From Cetorhinus maximus (lineage: Eukaryota), in assembly GCF_964194155.1 (NCBI RefSeq), contig NC_135889.1:111972001-112036000 (forward strand): a stretch of 64,000 nt of DNA. Direction: 5' to 3'. The notes beneath the pieces were generated by a model, which saw nothing but the letters and a program-made list of their open reading frames with translations, had not been told where the DNA came from and did not search any database. The first letter of the stretch is position 1; the number at the start of each line of letters is the position of its first letter. The position numbers were made by a program, and so were the translations under genes. This document shows positions 61,235 through 64,000 of the stretch, piece after piece.

Positions 61235-63146
61235 TGTTATTTCAGTCTGCCAGTGATCTTTCTACCACATTTAGTATGGCAGCGTGGCTTTCATTTATGT
61301 ACGCTGTGCATGCGTGCGTGGATTGAGCTTCGGAGTCGTCAGCCATGTCATTATGGGATTGTCCTTGTCACCCTAGTAGCCTCCATTTTGTCTTCCATGG
61401 TGATTCAAATGCATCTGGCACAGCTGGCACAACTGCTGCCAGGGTATTGGGCATTGACCTGAGTTCTATGCCTATGGTCACACACCAGCTGTATGTTGAG
61501 GGGCGGAATCCCTTTCGATTCCAGCCAATGGCAGAGTCAACATGAGCACATGCAAAGTGATGTCCACGAAGTCAATGTCACCTTGCCCCACTGGGAAACC
61601 TGAAATCTTCCTGACGCCACACGCGTGTTGTACCTGCTTCTCTGCAGCTGCACACAGTGAAATGTAGTTAGCTCTCAACGAATAGAGAGATGTTGCAAGA
61701 TTTGTCATGGTCAGCTCCAACTGTGAAGGAACCAGGCGCATAAAAGTACATGACCATTTTCTCCTTCACAAGTGGCAACACAGATCTTGCGCTGTTGTGT
61801 GCTTACAGCTGTGACTGCAGGAGTGGAAGATTTTCAGAGTATATCCTTATTGAAGTGTCAATGTCACTAAAAATATTCCTTGTTGAGTTTCAGGTAGGAG
61901 ACTTATATCCTGAACGCCCTGAGTAATTATGACTTTCTGCTGAGAGTTCTTCTCCACTGGCATCTTCTCCTTCCTCTTCCAGCAGCTTGTCCTTATGTGC
62001 AAGACCTCTGTCCATTCTCCAAGTGATGCTATATTCCCAAAGGAATGGCTTATCATGCACCCATGTTTGGGAGCAGCTCATTTGGGTTGAAGCCTTGAAG
62101 TCTGGTAAGGCTCCTTCAGCCCTGCCACATCACTCATTGTTGACTTTTGCAACTTTGAACCACTTTAGAAGACACTGATCACTTGCAGAATTGAAGCAAG
62201 AGCCAAATGAAATCAGGCAGCAACTAAGTTTTAAGTGGTTGACTATCCCTATAAAGCACTGCCAGGGGTGTCCTTCCTGCTGCTGAGTGCGTGTTCATCT
62301 GTGCAAAGTTATGAGAGGAGATTAGCTCAACCATTGAGGTCCAAAATGGCACAGCTGCCATCTAATAAGCATGACCTGCCTGTTCTGCATACTTCCGACA
62401 GTCATTTACTAGACACATGCTAGTGCCCTCATCAATATTGCATCTGGTGCAGCTCGTCCCAAAGGTGTGGACACCATTTTGGGGGTTGAAGAGTACTCAT
62501 AGAGTCCAAAAAACAGGCACTAATGATCCAAATTTTGTGCCCTAGAGCATTATGAATTAATAGAAGAGTTGAGCTGGGGAGAGAGACATAAAGCAACTGG
62601 GGAAGAGGGGGTAGTGGGGGATAAATTGTGACTTTATCCAATAATGGCTTTCAATTGAGAGATGTATAACAGGCTATCAATTCACTATCACTTCTTTTAT
62701 ACAATTCCACACAAAGTCAAAATTACCCCACTGTGTGTAAATGGTACTGGCAGAGATCTTGCAATGGATTAACATGACCGCAGCTTGTTTTTATCTATTG
62801 CTGCATGCCTTATATCCAAGTACATCACTGGTTGTGCACAAACCAAGGCAAGATTTAACGGTTTTAAATCATTCCAGAGCTAGAGAACACTAGTTATTCC
62901 CAGCAGGGAACCATGGATACATTGCACAATTACAAAGGCTATTTTTCTTCTGACTTGGTTAAGAAGGGTTGATTTGAGTTACTCTCACTGCTAAAATTAA
63001 TTGTGTGACTCATCTTTTGAATATCCTGTTACTTTCGGTTCCCACACCAATCTCTCCTTATTTTATAAGATGAAAATTCTACCATTACATCATGCAATCT
63101 TCTTTCCTTTGAAAAGCAGACACTTAAAAAAGCATTTGGACACTGA

Positions 63147-63503
63147 TTTTTTTTTTTCATTTAATGGGATGTGGGTGCCACTAGCAAGGCCAGCATTTGT
63201 TGCCCATCCCTAATTGCCCTTGAACTGAGTAGCTTACTAGGCCCTTTCAGGGGGCAGTTAAGAGTCAACCACATTGCTGTGAGCCTGGAGTCTCACGTAG
63301 GCCAGACCAGGTAAGGATGGTATCTTCCTCCCCTAAGTCAACCTTAGTCAACCTGATGAGTTTTTCCAACAATCAATGGCTGTTTCATGATCACTGTTAT
63401 TGAGGCTAGCTTTCAATTCCAGATTTTATTAATTAAATTTAAATTCCACGAGCTGCCATGATGTGATTTGACCCCATATCCCCAGGGCATGAGCCTGGGC
63501 CTC
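63147..63503 (-). mobile_element. SINE family S2
   Basis: Reverse complement of 10070-10436 and 22765-23130. Confidence 0.82.
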
Positions 63504-63639
63504 AAAGCAGGGAGAGGTTAATAAAGACAAAGGACTTGGGAGGAAAATCCAGGCACGGGGCATCGCAAAGGAACAATCACTAAATGGTAGAGTGAAGGGT
63601 GCAGGAATGGGGATGGATCTGGTGTAGAAACAGGCAAGA

Positions 63640-64000
63640 AAGAAGACTGAATTTTCAGGCCCCACCAAGGTTGGGAACGGAGGCAAGTAAGACCTGAGCA
63701 GCATGCTGGCTTTCTGACCCCGTACCAGTCACCGGCAGTTTTTGCTGCGACTGTAACAGCCTACCCAATGAGACGGGTCGTGAATGAGGCTCATTCAGAG
63801 CCTAGTCAAGCAGAGTTAAAGGAAGCTGACTAGGATTTTCCAGTCAGCTCCCAGCTTTATGTTGTGACTGGGGACAGTTTAAGTGTGTTGATGTGGGTGC
63901 GCCACAGTAGCTTCCCTGCTCTCATAGGTGCAGGAGCAGCTGAAGACCCCCCTGTAGAGGGATTCCCACTCTCTCTCCCCTGTAGTGATAGCCTGGCTGC
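63640..64000. mobile_element. Start of another Harbinger-like MITE running off the window
   Basis: agactgaattttcaggc TIR-like start followed by GC-rich sequence. Confidence 0.4.

Larger units (their letters stand above)
57870..62542. mobile_element. Near-complete but decayed two-gene Harbinger: spliced Myb/SANT gene (+, about 58189-60590) convergent with transposase (-, about 62065-60790)
   Basis: Plus strand: WFSDAVLEALEE...RRDVLYP...EVNARSQAPRTWM, then LQILSPMEEMVLAII. Minus strand: YFYAPGSF, ISGFPVGQGDID, NRKGF..LNIQLVCDH, YPGS, GDK..P..TWLTTP, NESHAA..NVVER and VGCMLPNLAM. Ends gtgcctaaatttt / aaattttgtgccc are only approximate. Confidence 0.85.

Noticed and set aside
30454-64000. Next CNTNAP exon (DG.P..WW.GR...)
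   Set aside because: Not found. The tggtggattgga at about 36457 is the antisense of an L2 RT. The intron likely extends past the window.

Overview
This is eukaryotic, repeat-rich intronic DNA. Its TE families (CR1, L2, DeuSINE/SacSINE1-like, Penelope, Harbinger) point to a cartilaginous fish, probably a shark. The only host gene content I can support is three consecutive in-phase coding exons (107, 120 and 201 bp; 24210-30453, + strand) of a contactin-associated protein-like gene, best matching CNTNAP5. They encode the first EGF-like domain and the start of the fibrinogen-like domain. The rest is mostly nested TE remnants: about 10 CR1 fragments, a second CR1/L2-group LINE with its partner SINE, L2, RTE, two Penelope-like families with hammerhead-ribozyme relics, Gypsy LTRs, and many Harbinger/PIF pieces (two transposase relics, four Myb/SANT relics, hairpin-rich MITEs). 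Highlights: (1) a Gypsy LTR-PBS-gag remnant followed by a decayed UACA-family coiled-coil coding fragment, possibly a captured gene; (2) a CCAAT/TATA plus pseudoknotted minimal hammerhead module of a Penelope family, once with an inverted copy and a 9-bp TSD; (3) a 184-bp near-perfect templated insertion inside an otherwise decayed Harbinger; (4) a MITE family with compensatory hairpin changes. All protein-family assignments come from motif recognition by eye, with no database search. Most TE boundaries are approximate.
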